A DNA stretch of 41,616 bases, taken from positions 1-41,616 of IMG/VR virus record IMGVR_UViG_3300042347_000083, one strand, 5' to 3'. Under the pieces are notes generated by a model that was not told the origin of the DNA, made no database searches, and saw nothing but the letters and a program-made list of their open reading frames with translations. The position numbers were made by a program, and so were the translations under genes. Of the stretch, positions 7,493-17,379 are shown piece by piece. How positions within the stretch are numbered: the stretch's first letter is position 1; every line of letters starts with the position of its first letter. Source of the DNA: a virus (Duplodnaviria > Caudoviricetes).

Positions 7493-9346
7493 TTACCAAT
7501 CTCCATTATCATCTGATGAGTAAGCATCGTCATCAGAGAACACTTCAACTGGCTTTTCATCCCGCGCCCAGAATCTGTTAGTAGGAACAACTTTATCGTT
7601 TCCGATAAATACTAGCCCATATCTTCGCGCCATCTCTAGGCAGTAAAGATAGCTATCCGCCAAGTCGGGCGAGAACCCAGTTCTTCCCTTAAAGTCATCT
7701 TTAGTCTCTACAGAAATCTTCTTGGACTTAATCGTGTATCGGCGCAAGCAAAGTTCCCTCGCAAGATCAGAGCCACCATCTACACCATAGAGAACTCGAC
7801 TCTTGAATCCATGATAGGCTGAATACCAATATTCAGATACCAACCTATCATAAACATCCTTACATGGGCGTTTATCAACCTCGGCGGCGATACGCTCGGT
7901 AGGTTTACCCATAGAAGAGATGAGGGCGATTGCAGAGCCAGTAGAGTCAAATCGTAGCCACTCACGAATAATAGCCTGCCCGACTCGTCCACCATCACCG
8001 GAAACGTCCATTCCGAAGTTGGATGGTTTTACTCCAGTCGACCTGCAATAATTAACAACTTCAGTAGCAAGCTGGATTTCAAACTCGGCAGCAGCATTTG
8101 CGGACAACTGAATGACCTTCTGACTTTCCAGATACATGACACGATTGCGAGTCCCGCGAACGTATCCTAGCTTGGCGATGGTAAGAACGCATCGGTCTCC
8201 ACCAACTGTAAACGCGGTATCGAACCCTGCTACCTTGGTGAATCCTTCAGAATCCCATAGTGGTTCTTCGTTGGTATTAGCATTACGGATCAGATCGGCG
8301 GTGAGAATTGTTTGAGCGAATCCAGACTTCGGCCACCAGCCAATAGCGTTACGAACATAGTCGATAGCGTTCTCATCTCCGTAACATTGTTTAAGCATGA
8401 TCTCCTGCTTCTTCCGATCCATAAGGAACGGGAATGGAGATGGTTCATTGGCAGGCGCGGCGAAGTTTGGAGAGCGCATACCATTGTAAAATAAGCATAC
8501 GCCAGTTCCAGTTTCCCACTTGTCCATCTCTGGATTAACAGAATCAAAGTTAGAACAATCTTTAGGCATAGCCCAACGAGTGTGAGGGTTGTCACCAGCA
8601 GACGGGTTTCCGATACCTATAAACGTCACATCATTGTTAGCGGATAAGTTAACCTTGGCGGTAATCGCGCCTAGCTCCATTTCTGGCAACTCATCAAGGG
8701 CAAGCCTGATCCGGTCATTCTTACGACCACGGGTGGTATCAATAGCCTTCTGGCCTTCATTACCTGACTGGAATGCGAGAGCCTTGATAGCATTACGATA
8801 GTCTTTATCCTCATCGTTGGATGCGCCACCCCAAACAATCATGTGGCGATAGTCAATTAGCTTACCAAACTGAACGGCGGCACACTTCCAGAGTTTAGAG
8901 ATGATACCCCAGATACGATCCTCGGACGCACCGAGAGTTGTAGTAGCAACCCAAGAAGAAGTGCAGTGCGGGGCGGCGCACCAATCAAGATAGACCCATA
9001 ATCCAACAGGAAAAGATTTACCCATCGAAGCCGCGCCAGCTAAACAAATATCTGTATTGTTGCAAAGCTCCTCAAGAGTTCTCAACAACTGGGTATTGGT
9101 ATATCCACGATTGTAGATAGAAACTTCAGTCGGCCATTGGAGTTTTACGGCATTAATAAAATGTTCGTGAGGTGAAAGTAATTTAAAGTCACCGATATTG
9201 ATATTATGTTTAACACAATACTCTTTCCCGTATTCCCCTCTACTGATAGCGTAGCAATACAACTCAATACCAAGGTCATCCATGTTTTCTGGGAATTGAA
9301 TTCCATATCTACGAATTCCTTTGTTTGAAGAAAAAGCTCTTGACAT
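7493..9346 (-). CDS. terL: Terminase large subunit
   Basis: Walker A AGAASMGKS, Walker B LALDE, motif III GIGNP, RNase H-like AGFDTA and C-terminal SPDLADS. Confidence 0.88.
   Translation of the reverse strand: MSRAFSSNKGIRRYGIQFPENMDDLGIELYCYAISRGEYGKEYCVKHNINIGDFKLLSPHEHFINAVKLQWPTEVSIYNRGYTNTQLLRTLEELCNNTDICLAGAASMGKSFPVGLWVYLDWCAAPHCTSSWVATTTLGASEDRIWGIISKLWKCAAVQFGKLIDYRHMIVWGGASNDEDKDYRNAIKALAFQSGNEGQKAIDTTRGRKNDRIRLALDELPEMELGAITAKVNLSANNDVTFIGIGNPSAGDNPHTRWAMPKDCSNFDSVNPEMDKWETGTGVCLFYNGMRSPNFAAPANEPSPFPFLMDRKKQEIMLKQCYGDENAIDYVRNAIGWWPKSGFAQTILTADLIRNANTNEEPLWDSEGFTKVAGFDTAFTVGGDRCVLTIAKLGYVRGTRNRVMYLESQKVIQLSANAAAEFEIQLATEVVNYCRSTGVKPSNFGMDVSGDGGRVGQAIIREWLRFDSTGSAIALISSMGKPTERIAAEVDKRPCKDVYDRLVSEYWYSAYHGFKSRVLYGVDGGSDLARELCLRRYTIKSKKISVETKDDFKGRTGFSPDLADSYLYCLEMARRYGLVFIGNDKVVPTNRFWARDEKPVEVFSDDDAYSSDDNGDW
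7593..7608. repeat. 16-bp palindrome, copy 4
   Basis: TTATCGTTTCCGATAA, inside terL. Confidence 0.9.
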
Positions 9347-9367
9347 ATCAATAAGAAAATATATTTT
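9340..9367 (+). promoter_or_regulatory. Possible promoter of the virion operon
   Basis: TTGACA-16-TATTTT, overlapping the terL start codon. Confidence 0.4.
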
Positions 9368-9382
9368 CCGCGCAAAGGCAAG

Positions 9383-9760
9383 ATGAAACTTAAAAACAAA
9401 AATCTCGCACCAGTCGGTGGGTGGTATTGGAAGTATGAAATCAAGCGCGATAAGTTGACGTTCCCTGCGATTGTTTACGGAAGCACATTCAATAGCCTAA
9501 TGCAGAATATCCAGAAGGATTACAATTCTAATGGAATTCCAGTCCCCACGAATATTGAGCAGATGGTCGAGGATCAAATCTGCCAGCGTCAGCCAAGCGA
9601 GCGTTGTTGGTATAGCGATGGCATTGGAGATAAGATCGCGCAAGCCATCCATACTGTAGCCGCAACGGCAGACAAAGTTTTAGGAACAAAACTTGAACAT
9701 AAAGCTCGCGGATGTTCTTCTTGCAACCGCCGAAGAAATGCGCTTAACTCGTTATCGTAA
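9383..9760 (+). CDS. Hypothetical Cys-motif protein
   Basis: GIGDKIA...GCSSCNRRRNALN motif. Confidence 0.7.
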   Translation: MKLKNKNLAPVGGWYWKYEIKRDKLTFPAIVYGSTFNSLMQNIQKDYNSNGIPVPTNIEQMVEDQICQRQPSERCWYSDGIGDKIAQAIHTVAATADKVLGTKLEHKARGCSSCNRRRNALNSLS

Positions 9761-9767
9761 ACGATAA
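9752..9767. repeat. 16-bp palindrome, copy 5
   Basis: TTATCGTAAACGATAA, 5 nt before the portal ATG. Confidence 0.9.
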
Positions 9768-9772
9768 AAATT

Positions 9773-12271
9773 ATGTTATCCATCGGCCAAGACAACTTCT
9801 CACTTGCCACTCTCGACCAAGATGGCAAACCACCAGAAACACGAATCTCCAACGCTAATCATGCTTGGAACATTGCTAACCACTTGAGGTTGGCAAACAT
9901 CGGGCGCGAGAACAAACGCTTGCGTATCTATAAGGCTTACAAAATGTTCCCGCCTACAGGATACAGCAAGCTCGCGGAGAAACGCCTTCCTTGGCAATCT
10001 GATGTAAACTACGGACAACTTGGATTCATTGTAGATAATCAGAAGTCCAGCTACTACGATGTAATTACGGAACGTCAGGCTTGTTGCACGATCAAGACCA
10101 AGTATGGAAACGAAAAAGAACGACTCGTTAACTCCGAAAACATTTCCATCGCATTTGACCAAGCAATCCGCGAATGGCCCGGATACCTCTACAACACAGA
10201 GCAAGACCTTGAGGAAATGTTGCTGTATGGAAAGGGAATCGGAATGTGGGATTCACCTATGGGATGGATGCCAGAACACGTGTTCCTATCCGACCTTCTC
10301 TTTCCAGACGACATTAGGATCGACTTCTGCAACCTTGAGGAGTTTGTTCGCCGTGTCCGTCTGACACCATACGAACTCTACAAGAAGATCGAGAATCGTG
10401 CGGCGGCAGAAGCAATGGGATGGAATGTAGATGCGGCTATTGATGCTATCCGTTTCCACCGCGCATTCAGCAACCACCGCAAGACACGCGAAGACTTTTT
10501 CCGCACGATCAGCGAGGCAGGATTCAACTGGTCATTGTCTGTGAACCAGAAGATCGACCTCTACGAAGTTTACTGGAGGGAGTTCGACGGAAAGATCAGC
10601 AAGGCGATTATTCTCCAAGACTACCAACCAATCTCCGACTACATCAACTCCAACATCAAAGGAGCAGGTAAGATCAGCGAAGATGACATCAGAACCCAGC
10701 ACGGGTTTATGATGCTCAAGGTAGGACTCTTCAACTCTTGGGATGAGATCATGTATATGCTCACCGATTCGGTTGGAAGCGGACTCTTCCAAGACATCAA
10801 GAGCCAAGCGGAGTCGGCGTTCGTAGCTTGCCGTCAGTATGATTTCACGATGAACTCGCTGGTTGATGCCGTGCGTCTCAACTCCATGTTGATGATCGAA
10901 GGCCAAGGGCCAGACGCAACGAAGATGTTGAAGCAGATGGAATGGTTGCCAATCAGCGTCATGCCAGACGGGGCGAAGTTCATTCAGAACCGCTTCCAAC
11001 TCCCAGTAGCAGAGAGCATGAGCTTCATGCAGTTCTTCATGGGAGATATGTATAGGGGCATGGGGCAGTATCGTATCAACGCTCCTACCTCTGGAGGAAA
11101 GCAACGCACGAAAGGCGAAGCAGAGTTAGATGCGGCTGAATCAGCCAAACTCTCTGGAACGCAAATACGCCGATTCAACGAGTGCCAGACTCTCTACTTC
11201 AAACAACTCTACAAACGCTTTGTAAGCTCGAAATCCAGCGACGATGGATACGAATTCGTGAAGAAGTTCTACGAGATTCTTGATGAACTCAAGACTCCGC
11301 GAGAAGCCGCGCAATGGAAGAACATCACAAGCATCCGATCCAACCTCATCAATGGTGCTGGTAGCCCATCGTTCAAGCTGATCACCGCAGAGAAGTTGCT
11401 GAACATCACCGCAATCACTCCAGCAAACGAAGGCCAAGAGAACGCAGTTAAAGACGCAATCGCGGCACTCTCTGGACGAGACAACGTAGCTCGCTACCGG
11501 AATACCAAGGTAAGCAAGATCGACGATACCGCTCGCATCATTGGATTCGAGAATGCTGGCATGACTGATGCGTTCGTGAACCCAGCCAACTTCCCTGTGC
11601 TACCAACCGATCCGCACATTGAACACGCTCAAGGTCACTTCCAAGACTTGGTAATGCAGTTGCAGATGAATATGCAGTCTGTGCAGCAAGGTAACCCAGA
11701 GTTTGCTGAAATCTCGAAAGCGGTTCGTGCAATCAAATTCAAAGGTGGTCACATCATGGCGCACGTTGAGTATATCAGCAAAGACCAATCCAAGCAGGAC
11801 TTCTTGAAGCAATTCATGCAGGGAATGAACGAGGCTCAAAAGATGGCCGACGAACTTCAGCAAGTTTACGTCCAGATGGCAGAAGCGGAAGCTCAAAAAT
11901 CTGGCCAACCAAACTCCGAGGAAGATGTCAAACTGCAATACCTCGCTGCGAAGTCTGGTATCGAAATCGACACCAAGAAGAAGCTCGCCGACATTGCGAT
12001 TGGCAAGGCATCTATCAGCCACGCCCAGCGCACAGAGCAACGCAGGGAACAAGGTATCACTCAACTCGCTCTCCAGAAAGCCAAGGCTCGCGCCGAGATT
12101 CAGAAGGCAAAAGGCAAGATGGCGGCAGAGAAGCCAATGGAAGAAGAGGTAGAGATGGAAGAAGAAGAGACCGAAGAACCAGAGGAGATGGAAACCGAAG
12201 AGGTAGAGACTCCAGAAGGAACTGAAGAAGTTGAGATGGAAGTAGAGGAGCCGCCGCCAGCAACGCTATGA
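9773..12271 (+). CDS. Portal protein (putative)
   Basis: 832 aa, position after terL and before scaffold/capsid, Gln-rich helical C-terminus with an acidic tail. Confidence 0.7.
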   Translation: MLSIGQDNFSLATLDQDGKPPETRISNANHAWNIANHLRLANIGRENKRLRIYKAYKMFPPTGYSKLAEKRLPWQSDVNYGQLGFIVDNQKSSYYDVITERQACCTIKTKYGNEKERLVNSENISIAFDQAIREWPGYLYNTEQDLEEMLLYGKGIGMWDSPMGWMPEHVFLSDLLFPDDIRIDFCNLEEFVRRVRLTPYELYKKIENRAAAEAMGWNVDAAIDAIRFHRAFSNHRKTREDFFRTISEAGFNWSLSVNQKIDLYEVYWREFDGKISKAIILQDYQPISDYINSNIKGAGKISEDDIRTQHGFMMLKVGLFNSWDEIMYMLTDSVGSGLFQDIKSQAESAFVACRQYDFTMNSLVDAVRLNSMLMIEGQGPDATKMLKQMEWLPISVMPDGAKFIQNRFQLPVAESMSFMQFFMGDMYRGMGQYRINAPTSGGKQRTKGEAELDAAESAKLSGTQIRRFNECQTLYFKQLYKRFVSSKSSDDGYEFVKKFYEILDELKTPREAAQWKNITSIRSNLINGAGSPSFKLITAEKLLNITAITPANEGQENAVKDAIAALSGRDNVARYRNTKVSKIDDTARIIGFENAGMTDAFVNPANFPVLPTDPHIEHAQGHFQDLVMQLQMNMQSVQQGNPEFAEISKAVRAIKFKGGHIMAHVEYISKDQSKQDFLKQFMQGMNEAQKMADELQQVYVQMAEAEAQKSGQPNSEEDVKLQYLAAKSGIEIDTKKKLADIAIGKASISHAQRTEQRREQGITQLALQKAKARAEIQKAKGKMAAEKPMEEEVEMEEEETEEPEEMETEEVETPEGTEEVEMEVEEPPPATL

Positions 12272-13092
12272 AAATATACGATATATTAACAGATGTTGTT
12301 GCTGGAGGCAATAAAACTCCATCATTTGATGAAACGCAATATACTCAAGACGTTAGAAAAGATAGACAAAAAGTTCTTTTAAAAGGATTTAATCCAGAAA
12401 GTTCTGACTATGATTATGTAAATGCAGAAAAGGCTGGAATATTGCCAGAAATGACAGGCAAGAATAAAGGTCACATGGGTTCTGTAGCTCCTGTAACATC
12501 CGAAATATACGAGCAATATAAAAAACATGGATTGCCATCAGGGGAGGCTTACATTGTTTTAAAAGGAGTTAATCATCCAACTCACAATTATCTGGTAGAG
12601 GGAGAAGCTGAACGAGGATTTGAAATCAAAAAATATGGAGACAGATATTTTTCTGTTCCAAAACAAACAAAATCAGTTCTTGGATATCCAATCGTTGAAC
12701 CAGACGAGGAGCTACTTCAGTGGTTCAAAGAGAATCCAGAAACAACAGGAATGCAATGGGGAGTTGGCAAGAACGAATCTCCAAAAGACACTCCGCGTTC
12801 TATTGTTCTAAATCCATTTAGCAAATTAAATGAAGATCAAAAAATGGCGGTAGCAAAGAATGAAGCTATCAGACATTTCATTGATGAGAAAAACATCATA
12901 CCAAAATTCAATCTAACTCCAGAACAAGAGAAGGCATTTGCTGGAACTCAATATGGAAAGATTGCAGATAAAACCCCGCTCAAGCAAAGCATACTGGCTC
13001 GTATCATTACCGGAGATGAATCTGTCGGAACGATAACTCCAATGCAGCAAAAGTGGGCAGATTGGCTAAAATCACAACTACCAAAAGAATGA
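12268..13092 (+). CDS. Hypothetical protein (accessory, AT-richer)
   Basis: ORF track; ATGA overlaps at both ends. Confidence 0.7.
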   Translation: MKIYDILTDVVAGGNKTPSFDETQYTQDVRKDRQKVLLKGFNPESSDYDYVNAEKAGILPEMTGKNKGHMGSVAPVTSEIYEQYKKHGLPSGEAYIVLKGVNHPTHNYLVEGEAERGFEIKKYGDRYFSVPKQTKSVLGYPIVEPDEELLQWFKENPETTGMQWGVGKNESPKDTPRSIVLNPFSKLNEDQKMAVAKNEAIRHFIDEKNIIPKFNLTPEQEKAFAGTQYGKIADKTPLKQSILARIITGDESVGTITPMQQKWADWLKSQLPKE

Positions 13093-13334
13093 CAACCGAA
13101 AAAGTAAAATCCCTATGCGCGGCAATAACAGCACACGAAGATTGGAACAAGCTACAGGCATACCTGTTGCTTAACGTAAACCCACCCGAAGGAGTAACCA
13201 CGCTTATCCATGCAATCAAAGCTATTGATGCTATTGGAACAGAGGAACAAGGAGCATTCAAAAAAACCAAGCCTTCTTCAAGAAATAAAGAACTTAAAGA
13301 AAGCACGATTGATCCAGACCTCGACGAAATCTAA
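13089..13334 (+). CDS. Hypothetical protein
   Basis: Start reassigned to ATG 13089 (MTTEKVK), ATGA overlap. Confidence 0.65.
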   Translation: MTTEKVKSLCAAITAHEDWNKLQAYLLLNVNPPEGVTTLIHAIKAIDAIGTEEQGAFKKTKPSSRNKELKESTIDPDLDEI

Positions 13335-13337
13335 TTT

Positions 13338-14621
13338 ATGGCAGACACCGACAACACAGCAGAAGTAATCGCAGAACTGAAGTCTAAACCTCAAGTTCCG
13401 ATTAAGGGCAATACATCTGACTTCCTCAAGAAGTTCAGCAAACAACAAGCCGACGATGGCAAGCCAAGCGCGACCAATGTTGGAGACCCGAATCTCGGAA
13501 TACCTAAATACAATGAAGAAGAACCACCAGAAGAACCAACCGGAGTTACTGAAGCTGAAATCACGTCTGAACGGACAGGAAAGAAAAAGGGATTCGTTGA
13601 GCGACAAATCGAAGAAAACCGAAAGCTCAAAGAAGAACTGGAGAAATACAAGAAGGAAGAAGTTCCAAAGTTTGAAACCAAAATCCAAGAACTTGAGCGA
13701 TTGGTATCCGAGTCAAAATCGACGGCAGAAACCAACCACTACCAAGAACAACTCAACAAAGCCAACCAAGAGAAGTTGGAAGTTGAGCAACAACTATCCG
13801 AGCAGATTAAGGAATTGCGAAACAAACTGGATTTCCACGATATCACAAGCAATCCTGACTTTAAAAAGAATTACCTCGATCCCATCAAGAATACTTACGA
13901 CACTGCGCGGCAGTTGCTGGCGAATGATCCAACGCTTCTTTCAACATTCTCCCGTGCTGTCAATGCAAACGCCTCCATCTTCAATGCGTCATCCGAAGAG
14001 GATCGTCGAGCGGCAGAAGCCGACCGCGACCAAGCGTTCGAGGAAATCACGAACTCGCTATCGCAATTCAAGCAATACCAGTTCGCGGAGCAAGTCAACA
14101 GCTTCATCAAAGCAACTAACAACCACCATTCTGCCCTCGTTAACTTTGAGGAAACTAAACAAAACATCCTGCAAAACGCAAAGCAACGCGAGCAAGAAGG
14201 ACGCAACAAGTATCTGAATCAGTGGCGCGAAGGGTATAAAACTACCCAGCAAGAAATTGATAACGCTACCGCGATTCCTGACTCGCTGGCTGAATACATG
14301 AAGGAAAAGGGAATCAAGTATGACTTGTCCCGTGACGAAGCTATCGCTCTTGCCGCGACCCAGCAGAGTAATGAGCAGGCGTCGGTAGAAGATATGAACC
14401 GCCTCATCAACCAAGGACGGGCGTATCAGAAATTACAAGCCCAACTAAAAGCATTGCATGAAATGGTGAAAGAGAAAGACGAGTATATTTCACAACTGAA
14501 AGGATCGTCACGCATCACATCATCGCCAAGTGCATCGGATTCCCAGAAGCCAAGAATGAGTCTTTCGGAGGGACTGGCCGCGAAGATCGCAAGATTCTCG
14601 CCGCAAGCAAGAACTGCATAG
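13338..14621 (+). CDS. Capsid scaffolding protein (putative)
   Basis: Charged coiled-coil protein directly upstream of the capsid gene. Confidence 0.6.
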   Translation: MADTDNTAEVIAELKSKPQVPIKGNTSDFLKKFSKQQADDGKPSATNVGDPNLGIPKYNEEEPPEEPTGVTEAEITSERTGKKKGFVERQIEENRKLKEELEKYKKEEVPKFETKIQELERLVSESKSTAETNHYQEQLNKANQEKLEVEQQLSEQIKELRNKLDFHDITSNPDFKKNYLDPIKNTYDTARQLLANDPTLLSTFSRAVNANASIFNASSEEDRRAAEADRDQAFEEITNSLSQFKQYQFAEQVNSFIKATNNHHSALVNFEETKQNILQNAKQREQEGRNKYLNQWREGYKTTQQEIDNATAIPDSLAEYMKEKGIKYDLSRDEAIALAATQQSNEQASVEDMNRLINQGRAYQKLQAQLKALHEMVKEKDEYISQLKGSSRITSSPSASDSQKPRMSLSEGLAAKIARFSPQARTA

Positions 14622-14650
14622 CCCATCATTCCTAATTCTGGTTGTCATGA

Positions 14651-14693
14651 AGGGGGAGGTAGAGTCGATTGCTACCTCCCCCTAACTTTTTTT
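14651..14693 (+). terminator. Intrinsic terminator
   Basis: AGGGGGAGGTAG / CTACCTCCCCCT 12-bp stem followed by AAC and T7. Confidence 0.75.
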
Positions 14694-14740
14694 AAAAATA
14701 TCGCTTGACATAATAAATAGGAGATTGCAATGTGGCGCAC

Positions 14741-14948
14741 AAGAGATAGCCGAAATTATCGTTTACGATAAAATTAGGGATTCAGCCGCACTCTGGCTGG
14801 CGAGTTTTCGACCTCGCATGAAAAACGATTTCTGGACAGAATAAACTCTGGGTTGAGTCCAGCAGAGGAAACCAAGCACTCGCTTGCTATTCCTCTGTGG
14901 TATAGTTTAGCAGTGCAAAACTAAACTAAACAAAAATCAAATAAATCA
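14741..14948 (+). ncRNA. Multi-hairpin leader RNA of the capsid gene
   Basis: Five tandem hairpins at 14783-14928 plus the palindrome at 14756; upstream TTGACA(14705)-17-CAATGT. Confidence 0.5.
14756..14771. repeat. 16-bp palindrome, copy 6
   Basis: TTATCGTTTACGATAA, in the capsid leader. Confidence 0.9.
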
Positions 14949-16358
14949 ATGAGCGATCAACTCTACTTCAATAGTTGTGCTGAAATTGACAGTTTCTTCC
15001 GCGAGGGCCGCGAGTATTTCAACGACCTCTATGTTAAGAAACTCGTCACCAACAGTGCATATTTCACCCGTTTCGAGGAGCAATCTTGGCCCTTGAATCA
15101 CACAACCGAGCAGAAGGCTTTCCGCTTTGGCCGTGGATTCCACGATCCTTGCAGCCCCTTCCGCACGATCACCGACACCTACTGCGAGACTGACTCTTGC
15201 GATAGCAAACCCGAAGTCATCCAACGCCCCGGCACGGAGAGCTACACTTTCGAGCTTCTCCGCAAAGAGATGACCACTGACTGGATTTGCGTCGAGAGCC
15301 TTCTCTATCGCCTTTTCCCTGCTGAAGAGATTCTTCAGTTCGAGGAGTCCAACGCCCGTATCACCAAGAACGTTCACGAAGAGTTCCTTCGTAGCAACTA
15401 CATCGGTGGTGCTGGTCACAAATGGATGGGTATCACCACTGATGACGGAACCTACTGCGGTCTGGTCGATGACCAAGCATGGTTCGTTCCCGAACACACC
15501 CTCAACAACGAAGCTGGTTACGACCTCTGCGCTCTTCGCGTTAAGCTCGCTCCCGCCGATCTCAACAAGATCGCTTACCTCTCGCTTGATATGCTTGATG
15601 ACGCTCTCGTTGACCTCCAAGACGAAGATGACGCTTTCCGCCTTGATCTGCAAGATGCGACTGGTCAGCCTCTGCTCGACATCGTTATCCCTGATCCTCA
15701 AGTTGGCCGTGCGCTTTACTTCCAAGCCAAGCGCAACAATGGCTACTGGGATGCTAACACGGACTTCGATGAGCGTCTTACCCGTCTGAAGCTCGGCATC
15801 AATCGTATCATCGGCGACTACGCTTTTGGTTACGACATCAACGCCGCTCGCTTCAACGCTGACACTGCCTTCAACGCTGGTCTCGCTCCGTTCAACGAAG
15901 CTGATCCTGCTACTTGGGCGCGTCTCGTTCGCGTTCCTCGCTACATCAAAGTTGTGATGGAACAAGGTTGCGCCTACGTCCCGAACAAAGCCTACCGCAA
16001 TGCCGACTTCGGTATCTCGGTTGCTATGGTCAACAAAGCCATGTGCAAATGGACGATGCCTTCCTCGACTGGTTACGGCCAAGCCCAACAGATGACCCAG
16101 AACTACGCTGGTGATTGGGAATGGAAGAACCCTGATTGGGAGTGCAACCGCTGGCGTAAATCGGGCTTCTATCAAGCCCAGTTCCGTCTGGCCGCACAGG
16201 TCAAAGACCCAACCATCATGCACACCTTCCTGCATCGTATGCCGAAGAGCAAGAACCTCTATGGTTCCTGCTGCGAAGTTCAGAGCTACATCGTCCCTGA
16301 AAACAATCAGGACTGCTATAGCTGCGCTGGCGTCGGTGACATCGTTGTGCCTTCCTAA
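14949..16358 (+). CDS. Major capsid protein (putative)
   Basis: 469 aa, strong C/T-ending codon bias, follows the scaffold, flanked by a leader and a hairpin. Confidence 0.75.
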   Translation: MSDQLYFNSCAEIDSFFREGREYFNDLYVKKLVTNSAYFTRFEEQSWPLNHTTEQKAFRFGRGFHDPCSPFRTITDTYCETDSCDSKPEVIQRPGTESYTFELLRKEMTTDWICVESLLYRLFPAEEILQFEESNARITKNVHEEFLRSNYIGGAGHKWMGITTDDGTYCGLVDDQAWFVPEHTLNNEAGYDLCALRVKLAPADLNKIAYLSLDMLDDALVDLQDEDDAFRLDLQDATGQPLLDIVIPDPQVGRALYFQAKRNNGYWDANTDFDERLTRLKLGINRIIGDYAFGYDINAARFNADTAFNAGLAPFNEADPATWARLVRVPRYIKVVMEQGCAYVPNKAYRNADFGISVAMVNKAMCKWTMPSSTGYGQAQQMTQNYAGDWEWKNPDWECNRWRKSGFYQAQFRLAAQVKDPTIMHTFLHRMPKSKNLYGSCCEVQSYIVPENNQDCYSCAGVGDIVVPS

Positions 16359-16368
16359 AGTTAAATAA

Positions 16369-16395
16369 GGGGAGGGGCTATTAAAGCCTCTCCCC
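16369..16395 (+). terminator. Hairpin after capsid gene, no U-tract
   Basis: GGGGAGGGGCT / AGCCTCTCCCC. Confidence 0.5.
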
Positions 16396-16420
16396 ATAAC
16401 CTTAAACAAAATCAAAATAT

Positions 16421-17035
16421 ATGTCTAATAAACGACCACTCGCTTACGACCGCGTTAACTTGTTTGGCCCGGTTGCCGTTAACCTCCTCGCTGCTGGAGA
16501 TGCTGATCTCTTGGTTCTCAACGACCAAGACACCAAGTTTTTTCCAACTAGCATCGTTCTGGAAACCGCATACGCTCGCGGAACCACTGCCACCGATCCA
16601 GTTGTGATCGTGGACAATGGAACCACTGGCAATAACATCACTGGTTCTCTGACCATCACGGACGCTCTTGATAACCAAGGCCGCTACAATCCTCTTGCGA
16701 TTGCCGCGAATCCTTTTGTTATCACTGGCACTGGCAAACTCCGCTTGCTGAAAAGCACTGTGGGTGCTGGTCAAGCCACCGCTACTCGCTCCCGCACTTC
16801 GGGCGTTGCTACCATCGTTACTGCCGCTGCTCATGGATTCTCCACGGGCGATGTCATCACGATTGCCAGCATGACCGACACCTCGTTCAACGATGTGCAG
16901 GCGGAAGTTACTGTTGTTGACTCCACCACGTTCACCTATGCGAACGCTGGTGCTGATGTCGCTTCGGGCGCGGATACCGCTGGACGTGTTGGCGCACTCT
17001 ACGTGAATGCCTACGTTGTTGGTATCTACTACTAA
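16421..17035 (+). CDS. Virion structural protein, possibly head decoration
   Basis: Same codon bias as the capsid gene; TAAAHGFSTGDVITI...TVVDSTTFTY beta-barrel module. Confidence 0.55.
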   Translation: MSNKRPLAYDRVNLFGPVAVNLLAAGDADLLVLNDQDTKFFPTSIVLETAYARGTTATDPVVIVDNGTTGNNITGSLTITDALDNQGRYNPLAIAANPFVITGTGKLRLLKSTVGAGQATATRSRTSGVATIVTAAAHGFSTGDVITIASMTDTSFNDVQAEVTVVDSTTFTYANAGADVASGADTAGRVGALYVNAYVVGIYY

Positions 17036-17045
17036 TCACTAATCT

Positions 17046-17074
17046 GGGTGGGGGAGTTACATTCTCCCTCACCC
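17046..17074 (+). terminator. Hairpin / possible terminator
   Basis: GGGTGGGGGAG / CTCCCTCACCC followed by TAACCATTTT. Confidence 0.5.
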
Positions 17075-17089
17075 TAACCATTTTCTATT

Positions 17090-17356
17090 ATGGCTTGCTT
17101 TACCTCTCTACCCTACCGCGATAAAACCTATCCTTTCGTTCAGACGATTGCTACCGCCGCTGGCATTGAACCAATCTCTTTTGGTTGCTACGACTCGGCA
17201 AGCGATGCCGCCAAACTCTATCAGTTCTATGTTGGATTCGCAACCATTGGTGGCCTCACCCCAGTTACTCAAAATTGCTTTGTGCAAAAAACTGAAGACC
17301 AGCAATTCTTCCTTACTAACGAGGCTCTGTCTGCTGCTCTTAACCCTGTTACATAA
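17090..17356 (+). CDS. Hypothetical virion protein
   Basis: ORF track; internal duplication ACFTSL / GCYDSA / NCFVQK. Confidence 0.65.
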   Translation: MACFTSLPYRDKTYPFVQTIATAAGIEPISFGCYDSASDAAKLYQFYVGFATIGGLTPVTQNCFVQKTEDQQFFLTNEALSAALNPVT

Positions 17357-17372
17357 TTATCGTAAACGATAA
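17357..17372. repeat. 16-bp palindrome, copy 7
   Basis: TTATCGTAAACGATAA, intergenic. Confidence 0.9.
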
Positions 17373-17379
17373 CAATCTT

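Noticed and set aside
13022-13036. CTGTCG-GAA-CGATAA as a 17th palindrome copy
   Set aside because: 3-nt spacer and a mismatched left arm; it falls in the largest gap of the array, so it may be a decayed site, but it is not counted.
14946-16415. 489-aa antisense ORF spanning the capsid gene
   Set aside because: In-register mirror of a strongly codon-biased gene; no recognisable motifs. Same for antisense ORFs over the portal, scaffold and giant gene.
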